Origin: Balanoglossus misakiensis
Taxonomy: Eukaryota; Animalia; Hemichordata
Assembly: GCA_040954595.2 (NCBI GenBank)
Contig: CM082592.2
Coordinates: 434,001 to 498,000, forward strand
Length of the DNA stretch: 64,000 nt
Reading direction: 5' to 3'
Each line of letters begins with the position of its first letter. The first letter of the stretch is position 1. The translations under genes were made by a program, and so were the position numbers. Positions 10,801-25,800 of the stretch are shown piece after piece. Below the pieces are notes generated by a model, which saw only the letters and a list, made by a program, of their open reading frames with translations, was not told the origin of the DNA and ran no database searches.

Positions 10801-13800
10801 AGAGCATTCTATACTCCATCAGATTTCAGAAAATGTAGAAAACATGTATTTTTTGTAATTTTCAAAAATTTACCATTTTGACCAAATTGTGGCTAAAATT
10901 GTTATTTTCGTGTTGAATGCCGCCAGTGTCACTGATTTTAAAAGTCATAAAAATTTTCAACATACAAGCAATTGTTTATATATGATCAGGTCACCGAATT
11001 AAAAAAATAAAGAATGTTTTGCCTAAAAATGACCTTTTTGGTGCAAAAACGAATAAAACGCAATTTTGTATTAAATCAGCTCATTCAGAGTGCATTTTTT
11101 ATAATCAGCACCATTTTTACATATATTGGAAATTTCATACATCATCAGATATCCAAATATGAAAAAATGATTTAGATTTTAGATGATTGTCCAAAATTAG
11201 CTGATATTTAATAAATGTAGTAATGAACCGTTTCGTCCCCCCCCCCCCCCTACATTATATGCGGTACGCCGATGTCAGCTTACCCGGCAGTACTGCAGGC
11301 CGTGCCCCCAACTAACGTCGGTGTTTGAAACGCCCTGGTTAAATTCGGGCTTTCTCTATAAATTGACAAGCAATAATGCAGTCCTACCCGACCAAATGTC
11401 GAGTGTTGACCCGCTGTGACTTTCCCTCTTCGGTTTGCCCGACTTAGCCAACGTCTTTGTACTAATGTGTCGGGACTTTTGCAGAGCCAGGCCGAAGGAA
11501 ATCCGACTTGATCACCGTTGCTAACGAACGCTAGTGTCTGTCATGGTGTGCCGGGGTTTAGTCGAGCCAGGCCGTAGGAGATCTGACTTGATCATCGTGG
11601 TCAATGTACGCGTGTTTCCGCTCTAAAGTGCCGGGGCTTCAGCTAAACCAGGCCGTAGGAAATCCGACGTAATCACCGTTGATAACTTACGCCAGTCTGT
11701 GTCATATAGAGCCGGTGCACCAGCCGAGTCACGCCGTAGGAAATCTGACTTGATCAACGTGGTCACTGTACGCCTGTTTCTGCTCTAGAGTGCCGGGGCT
11801 TCATCTGAGCCAGGCCGTAGGAAACCCGACGTGATTACCGTTGTTAACTTACGCCAGTCTGTGTCCTATATATAGTGCCGGGGCATCAGCCGTGCCAGGC
11901 CGAAGGAAATGTGAGTAGATCAACGTGGTCTCTGTACGCGTGTTTCTGCTCTAGAGTGCCAGGGCTTTAGCCAAGCCATGCCGTAGGAAATCTGACTTGA
12001 TCAACGTTGCTAACGAACGCTAGTGTCTGTCATAGTGTGCCGGGGTTTTAGTCGAGCCAAGCCGTAGGAGATCAGACTTGATCAACGTGGTCTCTGTACG
12101 CGTGTTTCTGCTCTAGAGTGCCGGGGCTTTATCCGAGCTATGCCGTAGAAAATCTGACTTGATCACCGTTGCTAACTTACGCTAGTGTCTGTCATATTGT
12201 GACGGAGATTTAGCCGAGCCAGGCCGTAGAAAAATCGACTTGTTCAACGTTACCAGTGTGCAACTGTTTCTGCTCTAGAGTGTCAGGGTTTTAGCCGACT
12301 TGTGCTGTAGGAAATCTGAGTTGATGAACGGGAATTCAATGTTAGAAAACCCGTGTGTAAAGTATCTCTACCCGTTTGAAACTAAGAAAAGAATTTATTC
12401 TTATTTATTTCGTAAACAAGACAATTTTTCGAAAAAAAGTCGAAGATGGTAATTTTGTCTTCGATGATTCAAATTATACCGCCTTTTCTGGAATTTACAG
12501 CACTTTTTACAAGAGAAGGACACTTCATGCTCCATAATATTTCCGAAAATGAAGAAAAGAGTTAATTTTTTATGATTTTTTAAAAATTTTCCATTTTTGT
12601 CAAAATATGGCCAAAATGGCTATTTTTTCTTGAATTCCGTCAATATCTCTGCATTTTTGGAGTGGTCGAAAGTCTTAACATACAATCAACATGTCATATA
12701 TGATCAGGGCACCAAATTCGAAGAACAAAGGTTTTTTTTATTTTTTTTTCTAAAATAGACATTTTCAAGGAAAATTTGTTAAAACGCAATTTTGTCTGCA
12801 GTGAGCCTAATTAGACGGTCTTTTGTGGAATTTGTATAGATATATACATACGAAGAGCATTCTATACTCCATCAGATTTCCGAAAATGTAGAAAACAGGT
12901 ATTTTTTGTAATTTTCAAAAATTTACCATTTTGACCAAATTGTGGCTAAAATTGTTATTTTCGTGTTGAATGCCGCCAGTGTCACTGCTTTTAAAAGTCA
13001 TAAAAACTTTCAACATACAAGCAATTTTTTATATATAATCAGGTCACCGAATTAATAAAATAAAGAATGTTTTGCCTAAAAATGACCTTTTTGGTGAAAA
13101 AACGAATAAAACGCAATTTTGTATTAAATCAGCTCATTCAGAGTGCATTTTTTATAATCAGCACCATTTTTACATATAATGGAAATTTCATACATCATCA
13201 GATATCCAAATATGAAAAAATGATTTAGATTTTAGATGATTGTCCAAAATTAGCTGATATCTAATAAATGTAGTATTGAACCGTTCTGTTCCCCCCCCCC
13301 CCCCCCCTACACTATATGCGGTACGCCGATGTCAGCTTACCCGGCAGTACTGCAGGCCGTGCCCCCAACTAACGTCGGTGTTTGAAACGCCCTGGTTAAA
13401 TTCGAGCTTTCTCTATAAATTGACAGGTAATAATGCAGTCCTACCCGAACAAATGTCGAGTGTTGACCCGCTGTGACTTTCCCTCTTCGGTTTGCCCGAC
13501 TTAGCCAACGTCTTTGTACTAGAGTGTCGGGTCTTTTGCAGAGCCAGGCCGAAGGAAATCCGACTTGATCACCGTTGCTAACGAACGCTAGTGTCTGTCA
13601 TGGTGTGCCGGGGTTTTAGTCGAGCCAGGCCGTAGGAGATCTGACTTGATCATCGTGGTCAATGTACGCGTGTTTCCGCTCTAAAGTGCCGGGGCTTCAG
13701 CTAAACCAGGCCGTAGGAAATCCGACGTAATCACCGTTGATAACTTACGCCAGTCTGTGTCATATAGAGCCGGTGCACCATCCGAGTCACGCCGTAGGAA

Positions 13801-16800
13801 ATCTGACTTGATCAACGTGATCAATGTACGCCTGTTTCTGCTCTAGAGTGTCAGGGTTTTAGCCGACTTATGCTGTAGGAAATCTGAGTTGATGAACGGG
13901 AATTCAATGTTAGAAAACCCGTGTGGAAAGTATCTCTACCCGTTTGAAACTAAGAAAAGAATTTATTCTTATTTATTTCGTAAACAAGACAATTTTTCGA
14001 AAAAAAGTCGAAGATGGTAATTTTGTCTTCGATGATTCAAATTATACCGCCTTTTCTGGAATTTACAGCACTTTTTACAAGAGAAGGACACTTCATGCTC
14101 CATAATATTTCCGAAAATGAAGAAAAGAGTTAATTTTTTATGATTTTTTAAAAATTTTCCATTTTTGTCAAAATATGGCCAAAATGGCTATTTTTTCTTG
14201 AATTCCGTCAATATCTCTGCATTTTTGGAGTGGTCGAAAGTCTTAACATACAATCAACATGTCATATATGATCAGGGCACCAAATTCGAAGAACAAAGGT
14301 TTTTTTATTTTTTTTTCTAAAAATGACATTTTCAAGGAAAATTTGTTAAAACGCAATTTTGTCTGCAGTGAGCCTAATTAGACGGTCTTTTGTGGAATTT
14401 GTATAGATATATACATACGAAGAGCATTCTATACTCCATCAGATTTCCGAAAATGTAGAAAACAGGTATTTTTTGTAATTTTCAAAAATTTACCATTTTG
14501 ACCAAATTGTGGCTAAAATTGTTATTTTCGTGTTGAATGCCGCCAGTGTCACTGCTTTTAAAAGTCATAAAAACTTTCAACATACAAGCAATTTTTTATA
14601 TATAATCAGGTCACCGAATTAATAAAATAAAGAATGTTTTGCCTAAAAATGACCTTTTTGGTGAAAAAACGAATAAAACGCAATTTTGTATTAAATCAGC
14701 TCATTCAGAGTGCATTTTTTATAATCAGCACCATTTTTACATATAATGGAAATTTCATACATCATCAGATATCCAAATATGAAAAAATGATTTAGATTTT
14801 AGATGATTGTCCAAAATTAGCTGATATCTAATAAATGTAGTATTGAACCGTTCTGTTCCCCCCCCCCTACACTATATGCGGTACGCCGATGTCAGCTTAC
14901 CCGGCAGTACTGCAGGCCGTGCCCCCAACTAACGTCGGTGTTTGAAACGCCCTGGTTAAATTCGAGCTTTCTCTATAAATTGACAGGTAATAATGCAGTC
15001 CTACCCGAACAAATGTCGAGTGTTGACCCGCTGTGACTTTCCCTCTTCGGTTTGCCCGACTTAGCCAACGTCTTTGTACTAGAGTGTCGGGTCTTTTGCA
15101 GAGCCAGGCCGAAGGAAATCCGACTTGATCACCGTTGCTAACGAACGCTAGTGTCTGTCATGGTGTGCCGGGGTTTTAGTCGAGCCAGGCCGTAGGAGAT
15201 CTGACTTGATCATCGTTGTCAATGTACGCGTGTTTCCGCTCTAAAGCGCCGGGGCTTCAGCTAAACCAGGCCGTAGAAAATCCGACGTAATCACCGTTCA
15301 TAACTTACGCCAGTCTGTGTCATATAGAGCCGGTGCACCAGCCGAGTCACGCCGTAGGAAATCTGACTTGATCAACGTGGTCAATGTACGCCTGTTTCTG
15401 CTCTAGAGTGCCGGGGCTTCAGCTGAGCCAGGCCGTAGGAAACCCGACGTGATTACCGTTGTTAACTTACGCCAGTCTGTGTCCTATATATAGTGCCGGG
15501 GCATCAGCCAGGACAGGCCGAAGGAAATGTGAGTAGATCAACGTGGTCTCTGTACGCGTGTTTCTGCTCTAGAGTGCCAGGGCTTTAGCCAAGCCATGCC
15601 GTAGGAAATCTGACTTGATCAACGTTGCTAATGAACGCTAGTGTCTGTCATAGTGTGCCGGGGTTTTAGTCGAGCCAAGCCGTAGGAGATCAGACTTGAT
15701 CAACGTGGTCTCTGTACGCGTGTTTCTGCTCTAGACTGCCGGGGCTTTATCCAAGCCATGCCGTAGAAAATCTGACTTGATCACCGTTGCTAACGTACGC
15801 TAGTGTCTGTCATATTGTGACGGAGATTTAGCCGAGCCAGGCCGTAGAAAAATCGACTTGTTCAACGTTACCATTTGTGCAACTGTTTCTGCTCTAGAGT
15901 GTCAGGGTTTTAGACGACTTATGCTGTAGGAAATCTGAGTTGATGAACGGGAATTCATTGTTAGAAAACCCGTGTGGAAAGTATCTCTACCCGTTTGAAA
16001 CTAAAAAAAGAATTAATTCTTATTAATTTGTAAAAAAAGACAATATTTCGAAAAAAGTCGAAAATGGTAATTTTGTCTTGGGTGATTCAAATTTTACCGC
16101 CTTTTCTGGAATTTGCAGCACTTTTTACAAGAGAACGACACTTCATGCTCCATAATATTTCCGAAAATGAAGAAAAGAGTTAATTTTTTATGATTTATTA
16201 AAAATTTACCATTTTTGTCAAAATATGGCCAAAATGGCTATTTTTCTTGAATTCCGTCAATATCTCTTCATTTTTGGAGTGGTCGAAAGTTTTAACATAC
16301 AATCAACATGTCATATATGATCAGGGCACCAAATTCGAAGAACAAAGGTTTTTTTATTTTTTTTTCTAAAAATGACATTTTCAAGGAAAATTTGGTAAAA
16401 CGCAATTTTGTCTGCAGTGAGCCAAATTAGACGGTCTTTTGTGGAATTTGTATCAATATATACATACGAAGAGCATTCTATACTCCATCAGATTTCCGAA
16501 AATGTAGAAAACATGTATTTTTTGTAATTTTCAAAAATTTACCATTTTGACCAAATTGTGGCTAAAATTGTTATTTTCGTGTTGAATGCCGCCAGTGTCA
16601 CTGCTTTTAAAAGTCATAAAAACTTTCAACATACAAGCAATTGTTTATATATGATCAGGTCACCGAATTTAAAAAATAAAGAATGTTTTGCCTAAAAATG
16701 ACCTTTTTGGCGCAAAAACGAATAAAACGCAATTTTGTATTAAATCAGCTCATTCAGAGTGCATTTTTTATAATCAGCACCATTTTTACATATAATGGAA

Positions 16801-19800
16801 ATTTCATACATCATCAGATATCCAAATATGAAAAAATTATTTAGATTTTAGATGATTGTCCAAAATTAGCTGATATCTAATAAATGTAGTATTGAACCGT
16901 TCTGTTCCCCCCCCCCCCCCTACATTATATGCGGTACGCCGATGTCAGCTTACCCGGCAGTACTGCAGGCCATGCCTCCAACTAACGTCGGTGTTTGAAA
17001 CGCCCTGGTTAAATTCGGGCTTTCTCTATAAATTGACAGGCAATAATGCAGTCCTACCCGAACAAATGTCGAGTGTTGACCCGCTGTGACTTTCCCTCTT
17101 CGGTTTGCCCGACTTAGCCAACGTCTTTGTACTAGAGTGTCGGGTCTTTTGCAGAGCCAGGCCGAAGGAAATCCGACTTGATCACCGTTGCTAACGAACG
17201 CTAGTGTCTGTCATGGTGTGCCGGGGTTTTAGTCGAGCCAGGCCGTAGGAGATCTGACTTGATCATCGTTGTCAATGTACGCGTGTTTCTGCTCTAAAGC
17301 GCCGGGGCTTCAGCAAAACCAGGCCGTAGAAAATCCGACGTAATCACCGTTGATAACTTACGCCAGTCTGTGTCATATAGAGCCGGTGCACCAGCCGAGT
17401 CACGCCGTAGGAAATCTGACTTGATCAACGTGGTCAATGTACGCCTGTTTCTGCTCTAGAGTGCCGGGGCTTCAGCTGAGCCAGGCCGTAGGAAACCCGA
17501 CGTGATTACCGTTGTTAACTTACGCCAGTCTGTGTCCTATATATAGTGCCGGGGCATCAGCCGTGCCAGGCCGAAGGAAATGTGAGTAGATCAACGTGGT
17601 CTCTGTACGCGTGTTTCTGCTCTAGAGTGCCAGGGCTTTAGCCAAGCCATGCCGTAGAAAATCTGACTTGATCACCGTTGCTAACGTACGCTAGTGTCTC
17701 TCATATTGTGACGGAGATTTAGCCGAGCCAGGCCGTTGAAAAATCGACTTGTTCAACGTTACCATTTGTGCAACTGTTTCTGCTCTAGAGTGTCAGGGTT
17801 TTAGCCGACTTATGCTGTAGGAAATCTGAGTTGATGAACGGGAATTCATTGTTAGAAAACCCGTGTGGAAAGTATCTCTACCCGTTTGAAAATAAGAAAA
17901 GAATTTATTCTTATTTATTTTGTAAAAAAGACAATTTTTCGAAAACAAGTCGAAAATGGTAATTTTGTCTTGGGTGATTCAAATTATACCGCCTTTTCTG
18001 GAATTTGCAGCACTTTTTACAAGAGAACGACACTTCATGCTCCATAATATTTCCGAAAATGAAGAAAAGAGTTAATTTTTTATGATTTATTAAAAATTTA
18101 CCATTTTTGTCAGAATATGGCCAAAATGGCTATTTTTTCTTGAATTCCGTCAATATCTCTGCATTTTTGGAGTGGTCGAAAGTTTTAACATTCAATCAAC
18201 ATGTCATATATGATCAGGGCACCAAATTCGAAGAACAAAGGTTTTTTTTTTTTTTTTTTCTAAAAATGACATTTTCAAGGAAAATTTGGTAAAACGCAAT
18301 TTTGTCTGCAGTGAGCCAAATTAGACGGTCTTTTGTGGAATTTGTATCTATATATACATACGAAGAGCATTCTATACTCCATCAGATTTCCGAAAATGTA
18401 GAAAACATGTATTTTTTGTAATTTTCAAAAATTTACCATTTTGACCAAATTGTGGCTAAAATTGTTATTTTCGTGTTGAATGCCGCCAGTGTCACTGCTT
18501 TTAAAAGTCATAAAAACTTTCAACATACAAGCAATTGTTTATATATGATCAGGTCACCGAATTAAAAAAATAAAGAATGTTTTGCCTAAAAATGACCTTT
18601 TTGGTGCAAAAACGAATAAAACGCAATTTTGTATTAAATCAGCTCATTCAGAGTGCATTTTTTATAATCAGCACCATTTTTACATATAATGGAAATTTCA
18701 TACATCATCAGATATCCAAATATGAAAAAATGATTTAGATTTTAGATGATTGTCCAAAATTAGCTGATATCTAATAAATGTAGTATTGAACCGTTCTGTT
18801 CCCCCCCCCCCTCCCCTACATTATATGCGGTACGCCGATGTCAGCTTACCCGGCAGTACTGCAGGCCGTGCCCCCAACTAACGTCGGTGTTTGAAACGCC
18901 CTGGTTAAATTCGGGCTTTCTCTATAAATTGACAGGCAATAATGCAGTCCTACCCGAACAAATGTCGAGTGTTGACACGCTGTGACTTTCCCTCTTCGGT
19001 TTGCCCGACTTAGCCGACGTCTTTGTACTAGAGTGTCGGGTCTTTTGCAGAGCCAGGCCGAAGGAAATCCGACTTGATCACCGTTGCTAACGAACGCTAG
19101 TGTCTGTCATGGTGTGCCGGGGTTTTAGTCGAGCCAGGCCGTAGGAGATCTGACTTGATCATCGTGGTCAATGTACGCGTGTTTCCGCTCTAAAGTGCCG
19201 GGGCTTCAGCTAAACCAGGCCGTAGGAAATCCGACGTAATCACCGTTGATAACTTACGCCAGTCTGTGTCATATAGAGCCGGTGCACCAGCCGAGTCACG
19301 CCGTAGGAAATCTGACTTGATCAACGTGGTCAATGTACGCCTGTTTCTGCTCTAGAGTGCCGGGGCTTCAGCTGAGCCAGGCCGTAGGAAACCCGACGTG
19401 ATTACCGTTGTTAACTTACGCCAGTCTGTGTCCTATATATAGTGCCGGGGCATCAGCCGTGCCAGGCCGAAGGAAATGTGAGTAGATCAACGTGGTCTCT
19501 GTACGCGTGTTTCTGCTCTAGAGTGTCAGGGCTTTAGCAAAGCCATGCCGTTGGAAATCTGACTTGATCAACGTTGCTAACGAACGCTAGTGTCTGTCAT
19601 AGTGTGCCGGGGTTTTAGTCGAGCCAAGCCGTAGGAGATCAGACTTGATCAACGTGGTCTCTGTACGCGTGTTTCTGCTCTTGAGTGCCGGGGCTTTATC
19701 CAAGCCATGCCGTAGAAAATCTGACTTGATCACCGTTGCTAACGTACGCTAGTGTCTGTCATGTTGTGACGGAGATTTAGCCGAGCCAGGGCGTAAAAAA

Positions 19801-22800
19801 TCGACTTGTTCAACGTTACCAGTGTGCAACTGTTTCTGCTCTAGAGTGTCAGGGTTTTAGCCGATTTATGCTGTAGGAAATCAGAGTTGATGAACGGGAA
19901 TTCAATGTTAGAAAACCCGTGTGGAAAGTATCTCTACCCGTTTGAAACTAAGAAAAGAATTTATTCTTATTTATTTTGTAAAAAAGACAATTTTTCGAAA
20001 ACAAGTCGAAAATGGTAATTTTGTCTTGGGTGATTCAAATTATACCGCCTTTTCTGGAATTTGCAGCACTTTTTACAAGAGAACGACACTTCATGCTCCA
20101 TAATATTTCCGAAAATGAAGAAAAGAGTTAATTTTTTATGATTTATTAAAAATTTACCATTTTTGTCAGAATATGGCCAAAATGGCTATTTTTTCTTGAA
20201 TTCCGTCAATATCTCTGCATTTTTGGAGTGGTCGAAAGTTTTAACATTCAATCAACATGTCATATATGATCAGGGCACCAAATTCGAAGAACAAAGGTTT
20301 TTTTTTTTTTTTTTCTAAAAATGACATTTTCAAGGAAAATTTGGTAAAACGCAATTTTGTCTGCAGTGAGCCAAATTAGACGGTCTTTTGTGGAATTTGT
20401 ATCTATATATACATACGAAGAGCATTCTATACTCCATCAGATTTCCGAAAATGTAGAAAACATGTATTTTTTGTAATTTTCAAAAATTTACCATTTTGAC
20501 CAAATTGTGGCTAAAATTGTTATTTTCGTGTTGAATGCCGCCAGTGTCACTGCTTTTAAAAGTCATAAAAACTTTCAACATACAAGCAATTGTTTATATA
20601 TGATCAGGTCACCGAATTAAAAAAATAAAGAATGTTTTGCCTAAAAATGACCTTTTTGGTGCAAAAACGAATAAAACGCAATTTTGTATTAAATCAGCTC
20701 ATTCAGAGTGCATTTTTTATAATCAGCACCATTTTTACATATAATGGAAATTTCATACATCATCAGATATCCAAATATGAAAAAATGATTTAGATTTTAG
20801 ATGATTGTCCAAAATTAGCTGATATCTAATAAATGTAGTATTGAACCGTTCTGTTCCCCCCCCCCTCCCCTACATTATATGCGGTACGCCGATGTCAGCT
20901 TACCCGGCAGTACTGCAGGCCGTGCCCCCAACTAACGTCGGTGTTTGAAACGCCCTGGTTAAATTCGGGCTTTCTCTATAAATTGACAGGCAATAATGCA
21001 GTCCTACCCGAACAAATGTCGAGTGTTGACACGCTGTGACTTTCCCTCTTCGGTTTGCCCGACTTAGCCGACGTCTTTGTACTAGAGTGTCGGGTCTTTT
21101 GCAGAGCCAGGCCGAAGGAAATCCGACTTGATCACCGTTGCTAACGAACGCTAGTGTCTGTCATGGTGTGCCGGGGTTTTAGTCGAGCCAGGCCGTAGGA
21201 GATCTGACTTGATCATCGTGGTCAATGTACGCGTGTTTCCGCTCTAAAGTGCCGGGGCTTCAGCTAAACCAGGCCGTAGGAAATCCGACGTAATCACCGT
21301 TGATAACTTACGCCAGTCTGTGTCATATAGAGCCGGTGCACCAGCCGAGTCACGCCGTAGGAAATCTGACTTGATCAACGTGGTCAATGTACGCCTGTTT
21401 CTGCTCTAGAGTGCCGGGGCTTCAGCTGAGCCAGGCCGTAGGAAACCCGACGTGATTACCGTTGTTAACTTACGCCAGTCTGTGTCCTATATATAGTGCC
21501 GGGGCATCAGTCGTGCCAGGCCGAAGGAAATGTGAGAAGATCAACGTGGTCTCTGTACGCGTGTTTCTGCTCTAGAGTGTCAGGGCTTTAGCAAAGCCAT
21601 GCCGTAGGAAATCTGACTTGATCAACGTTGCTAACGAACGCTAGTGTCTGTCATAGTGTGCCGGGGTTTTAGTCGAGCCAAGCCGTAGGAGATCAGACTT
21701 GATCAACGTGGTCTCTGTACGCGTGTTTCTGCTCTTGAGTGCCGGGGCTTTATCCAAGCCATGCCGTAGAAAATCTGACTTGATCACCGTTGCTAACGTA
21801 CGCTAGTGTCTGTCATGTTGTGACGGAGATTTAGCCGAGCCAGGGCGTAAAAAATCGACTTGTTCAACGTTACCAGTGTGCAACTGTTTCTGCTCTAGAG
21901 TGTCAGGGTTTTAGCCGATTTATGCTGTAGGAAATCAGAGTTGATGAACGGGAATTCAATGTTAGAAAACCCGTGTGGAAAGTATCTCTACCCGTTTGAA
22001 ACTAAGAAAAGAATTTATTCTTATTTATTTTGTAAAAAAGACAATTTTTCGAAACAAAGGCGAAAATGGTAATTTTGTCTTGGGTGATTCAAATTATACC
22101 ACCTTTTCTGGAATTTGCAGCACTTTTTACAAGAGAACGACACTTCATGCTCCATAATATTTCCGATAATGAAGAAAAGAGTTAATTTTTTATGATTTTT
22201 TAAAATTTTACCATTTTTGTCAAAATATGGCCAAAATGGCTATTTTTTCTTGAATTCCGTCAATATCTCTGCATTTTTGCAGTGGTCGAAACTTTTAACA
22301 TACAATCAACATGTCATATATGATCGGGGCACCAAATTCAAAGAACAAAGGGTTTTTTATTTTTTTTTCTAAAAATGACATTTTCAAGGAAAATTTGGTA
22401 AAACGCAATTTTGTCTGCAGTGAGCCAAATTAGACGGTCTTTTGTGGAATTTGTATCGATATATACATACGAAGAGCATTCTATACTCCATCAGATTTCC
22501 GAAAATGTAGAAAAGGGTATTTTTTGTAATTTTGAAAAATTTTCCATTTTGACCGAATTGTGGCTAAAATTGTTATTTTCGTGTTGAATGCCGCCAGTGT
22601 CACTGCTTTTAAAAGTCATTAAAACTTTTAACATACAAGCAATTGTTTATATATGATCAGGTCACCGAATTTAAAGAATAAAGAATTTTTTCCCTAAAAA
22701 TGACCTTTTTGGTGCAAAAACGAATAAAACGCAATTTTGTATTAAATCAGCTCATTCAGAGTGCACTTTTTATAATCAGCACCATTTTTACATATAATGG

Positions 22801-25800
22801 AAATTTCATACATCATCAGATATCCAAATATGAAAAAATGATTTAGATTTTAGATGATTGTCCAAAAGTAGCTGATATCTAATAAATGTAGTATTGAACC
22901 GTTCTGTTCCCCCCCCCCTACATTACATGCGGTACGCCGATGTCAGCTTACCCGTCAGTACTGCAGGCCGTGCCCACAACTAACGTCGGTGTTTGAAACG
23001 CCCTGGTTAAATTCGGGCTTTCTCTATAAATTGACAGGCAATAATGTAGTCCTACCGGAACAAATGTCGAGTGTTGACCCGCTGTGACTTTCCCTCTTCG
23101 GTTTGCCCGACTTAGCCAACGTCTTTGTACTAGAGTGTCGGGTCTTTTGCAGAGCCAGGCCGAAGGAAATCCGACTTGATCACCGTTGCTAACGAACGCT
23201 AGTGTCTGTCATGGTGTGCCGGGGTTTTAGTCGAGCCAGGCCGTAGGAGATCTGACTGGATCATCGTGGTCAATGTACGCGTGTTTCCGCTCTAAAGTGC
23301 CGGGGCTTCAGCTAAACCAGGCCGTAGGAAATCCGACGTAATCACCGTTGATAACTTACGCCAGTCTGTGTCATATAGAGCCGGTGTACCAGCCGAGTCA
23401 CGCCGTAAGAAATCTTACTTGATCAACGTGGTCAATGTACGCCTGTTTCTGCTCTAGAGAGCCGGGGCTTCAGCTGAGCCAGGCCGTAGGAAACCCGACG
23501 TGATTACCGTTGTTAACTTACGCCAGTTTGTGTCCTATATATAGTGCCGGGGCATCAGCCGTGCCAGGCCGAAGGAAATGTGAGTAGATCAACGTGGTCT
23601 CTGTACGCGTGTTTCTGCTCTAGAGTGCCAGGGCTTTAGCCAAGCCATGCCGTAGAAAATCTGACTTGATCACCGTTGCTAACGAACGCTAGTGTCTGTC
23701 ATAGTGTGCCGGGCTTTTAGTCGAACCAAGCCGTAGGAGATCAGACTTGATCAACGTGGTCTCTGTACGCGTGTTTCTGCTCTGGAGTGCCGGGGCTTTA
23801 TCCAAGCCATGCCGTAGAAAATCTGACTTGATCACCGTTGCTAACCTACGCTAGTGTCTGTCATATTGTGACGGAGATTTAGCCGAGCCCGGCCGTAGAA
23901 AAATCGACTTGTTCAACGTTACCAGTGTGCAACTGTTTCTGTTCTAGAGTGTCAGGGTTTTAGCCGACTTGTAGGAAATCTGAGTTGATGAACGGGAATT
24001 CAATGTTAGAAATCCGTGTGGAAAGTATCTCTACCCGTTTGGAACTAAGAAAAGAATGTATTCTTATTTATTTTGTAAAAAAACAATATTTCGAAAAAAG
24101 TCGAAAATGGTAATTTTGTCTTGGGTGATTCAAATTATACCGCCTTTTCTGGAATTTGCAGCACTTTTTACAAGAGAACGACACTTCATGCTCTATAATA
24201 TTTCCGAAAATGAAGAAAAGAGTTAATTTTTTATGATTTTTTAAAAATTTACCATTTTTGTCAAAATATGGCCAAAATGGCTATTTTTCTTGAATTCCGT
24301 CAATATCTCAGCATTTTTGGAGTGGTCGAGAGTTTTAACATACAATCAACATGTCATATATGATCAGGGCACCAAATTCGAAGAACAAAGGTTTTTTTTT
24401 TTTTTTTCTAAAAATGACATTTTCAAGGAAAATTTGGTAAAACGCAATTTTGTCTGCAGTGAGCCAAATTAGACGGTCTTTTGTGGAATTTGTATCGATA
24501 TATACATACGAAGAGCATTCTACACTCCATCAGATTTCCGAAAATGTAGAAAACAGGTATTTTTTGTAAATTTCAAAAATTTACCATTTTGACCAAATTG
24601 TGGCTAAAATTGTTATTTTCGTGATGAATGCCGCCAGTGTCACTGATTTTAAAAGTCATAAAAACTTTTAACATACAAGCAATTGTTTATATATGATCAG
24701 GTCACCGAATTAAAAAAATAAAGAATGTTTTGCCTAAAATGACCTTTTTGGTGCAAAAACGAATAAAACGCAATCTTGTATTAAATCAGTTCATTCAGAG
24801 TGCATGTTTTATAATAAGCACCATTTTTACATATAATGGAAATTTCATACATCATCAGATATCCAAATATGAAAAAATGATTTAGATTTTAGATGATTGT
24901 CCAAAATTAGCTGATATCTAATAAATGTAGTATTGAACCGTTCTGTCCCCCCCCTTACATTATATGCGGTACGCCGATGTCAGCTTACCCGGCAGTACTG
25001 TAGGCCGTGCCCCCAACAAACGTCGGTGTTTGAAACGCCCTGGTTAAATTCGGGCTCTCTCTATAAATCGACAGGCAATAATGCAGTCCTACCGGAACAA
25101 ATGTCAAGTGTTGAACCGCTGTGACTTTCCCTGTTCGGTTTGCCCGACTTAGCCAACGTCTTTGTACTAGAGTGACGGGTCTTTTGCAGAGCCAGGCCGA
25201 AGGAAATCCGACTTGATCACCGTTGCTAACGAACGCTAGTGTCTGTCATGGTGTGCCGGGGTTTTAGTCGAGCCAGGCCGTAGGAGATCTGACTTGATCA
25301 TCGTGGTCAATGTACGCGTGTTTCCGCTCTAAAGTGCCGGGGCTTCAGCTAAACCAGGCCGTAGGAAATCCGACGTAATCACCGTTGATAACTTACGCCA
25401 GTCTGTGTCATATAGAGCCGGTGCACCAGCCGAGTCACGCCGTAGGAAATCTGACTTGATCAACGTGGTCAATGTACGCCTGTTTCTGCTCTAGAGTGCC
25501 GGGGCTTCAGCTGAGCCAGGCCGTAGGAAACCCGACGTGATTACCGTTGTTAACTTACGCCAGTCTGTGTCCTATATATAGTGCCGGGGCATCAGCCGTG
25601 CCAGGCCGAAGGAAATGTGAGAAGATCAACGTGGTCTCTGTACGCGTGTTTCTGCTCTAGAGTGCCAGGGCTTTAGCCAAGCCATGCCGTAGGAAATCTG
25701 ACTTGATCAAAGTTGCTAACGAACGCTAGTGTCTGTCATAGTGTGCCGGGGTTTTAGTCGAGCCAAGCCGTAGGAGATCAGACTTGATCAACGTGGTCTC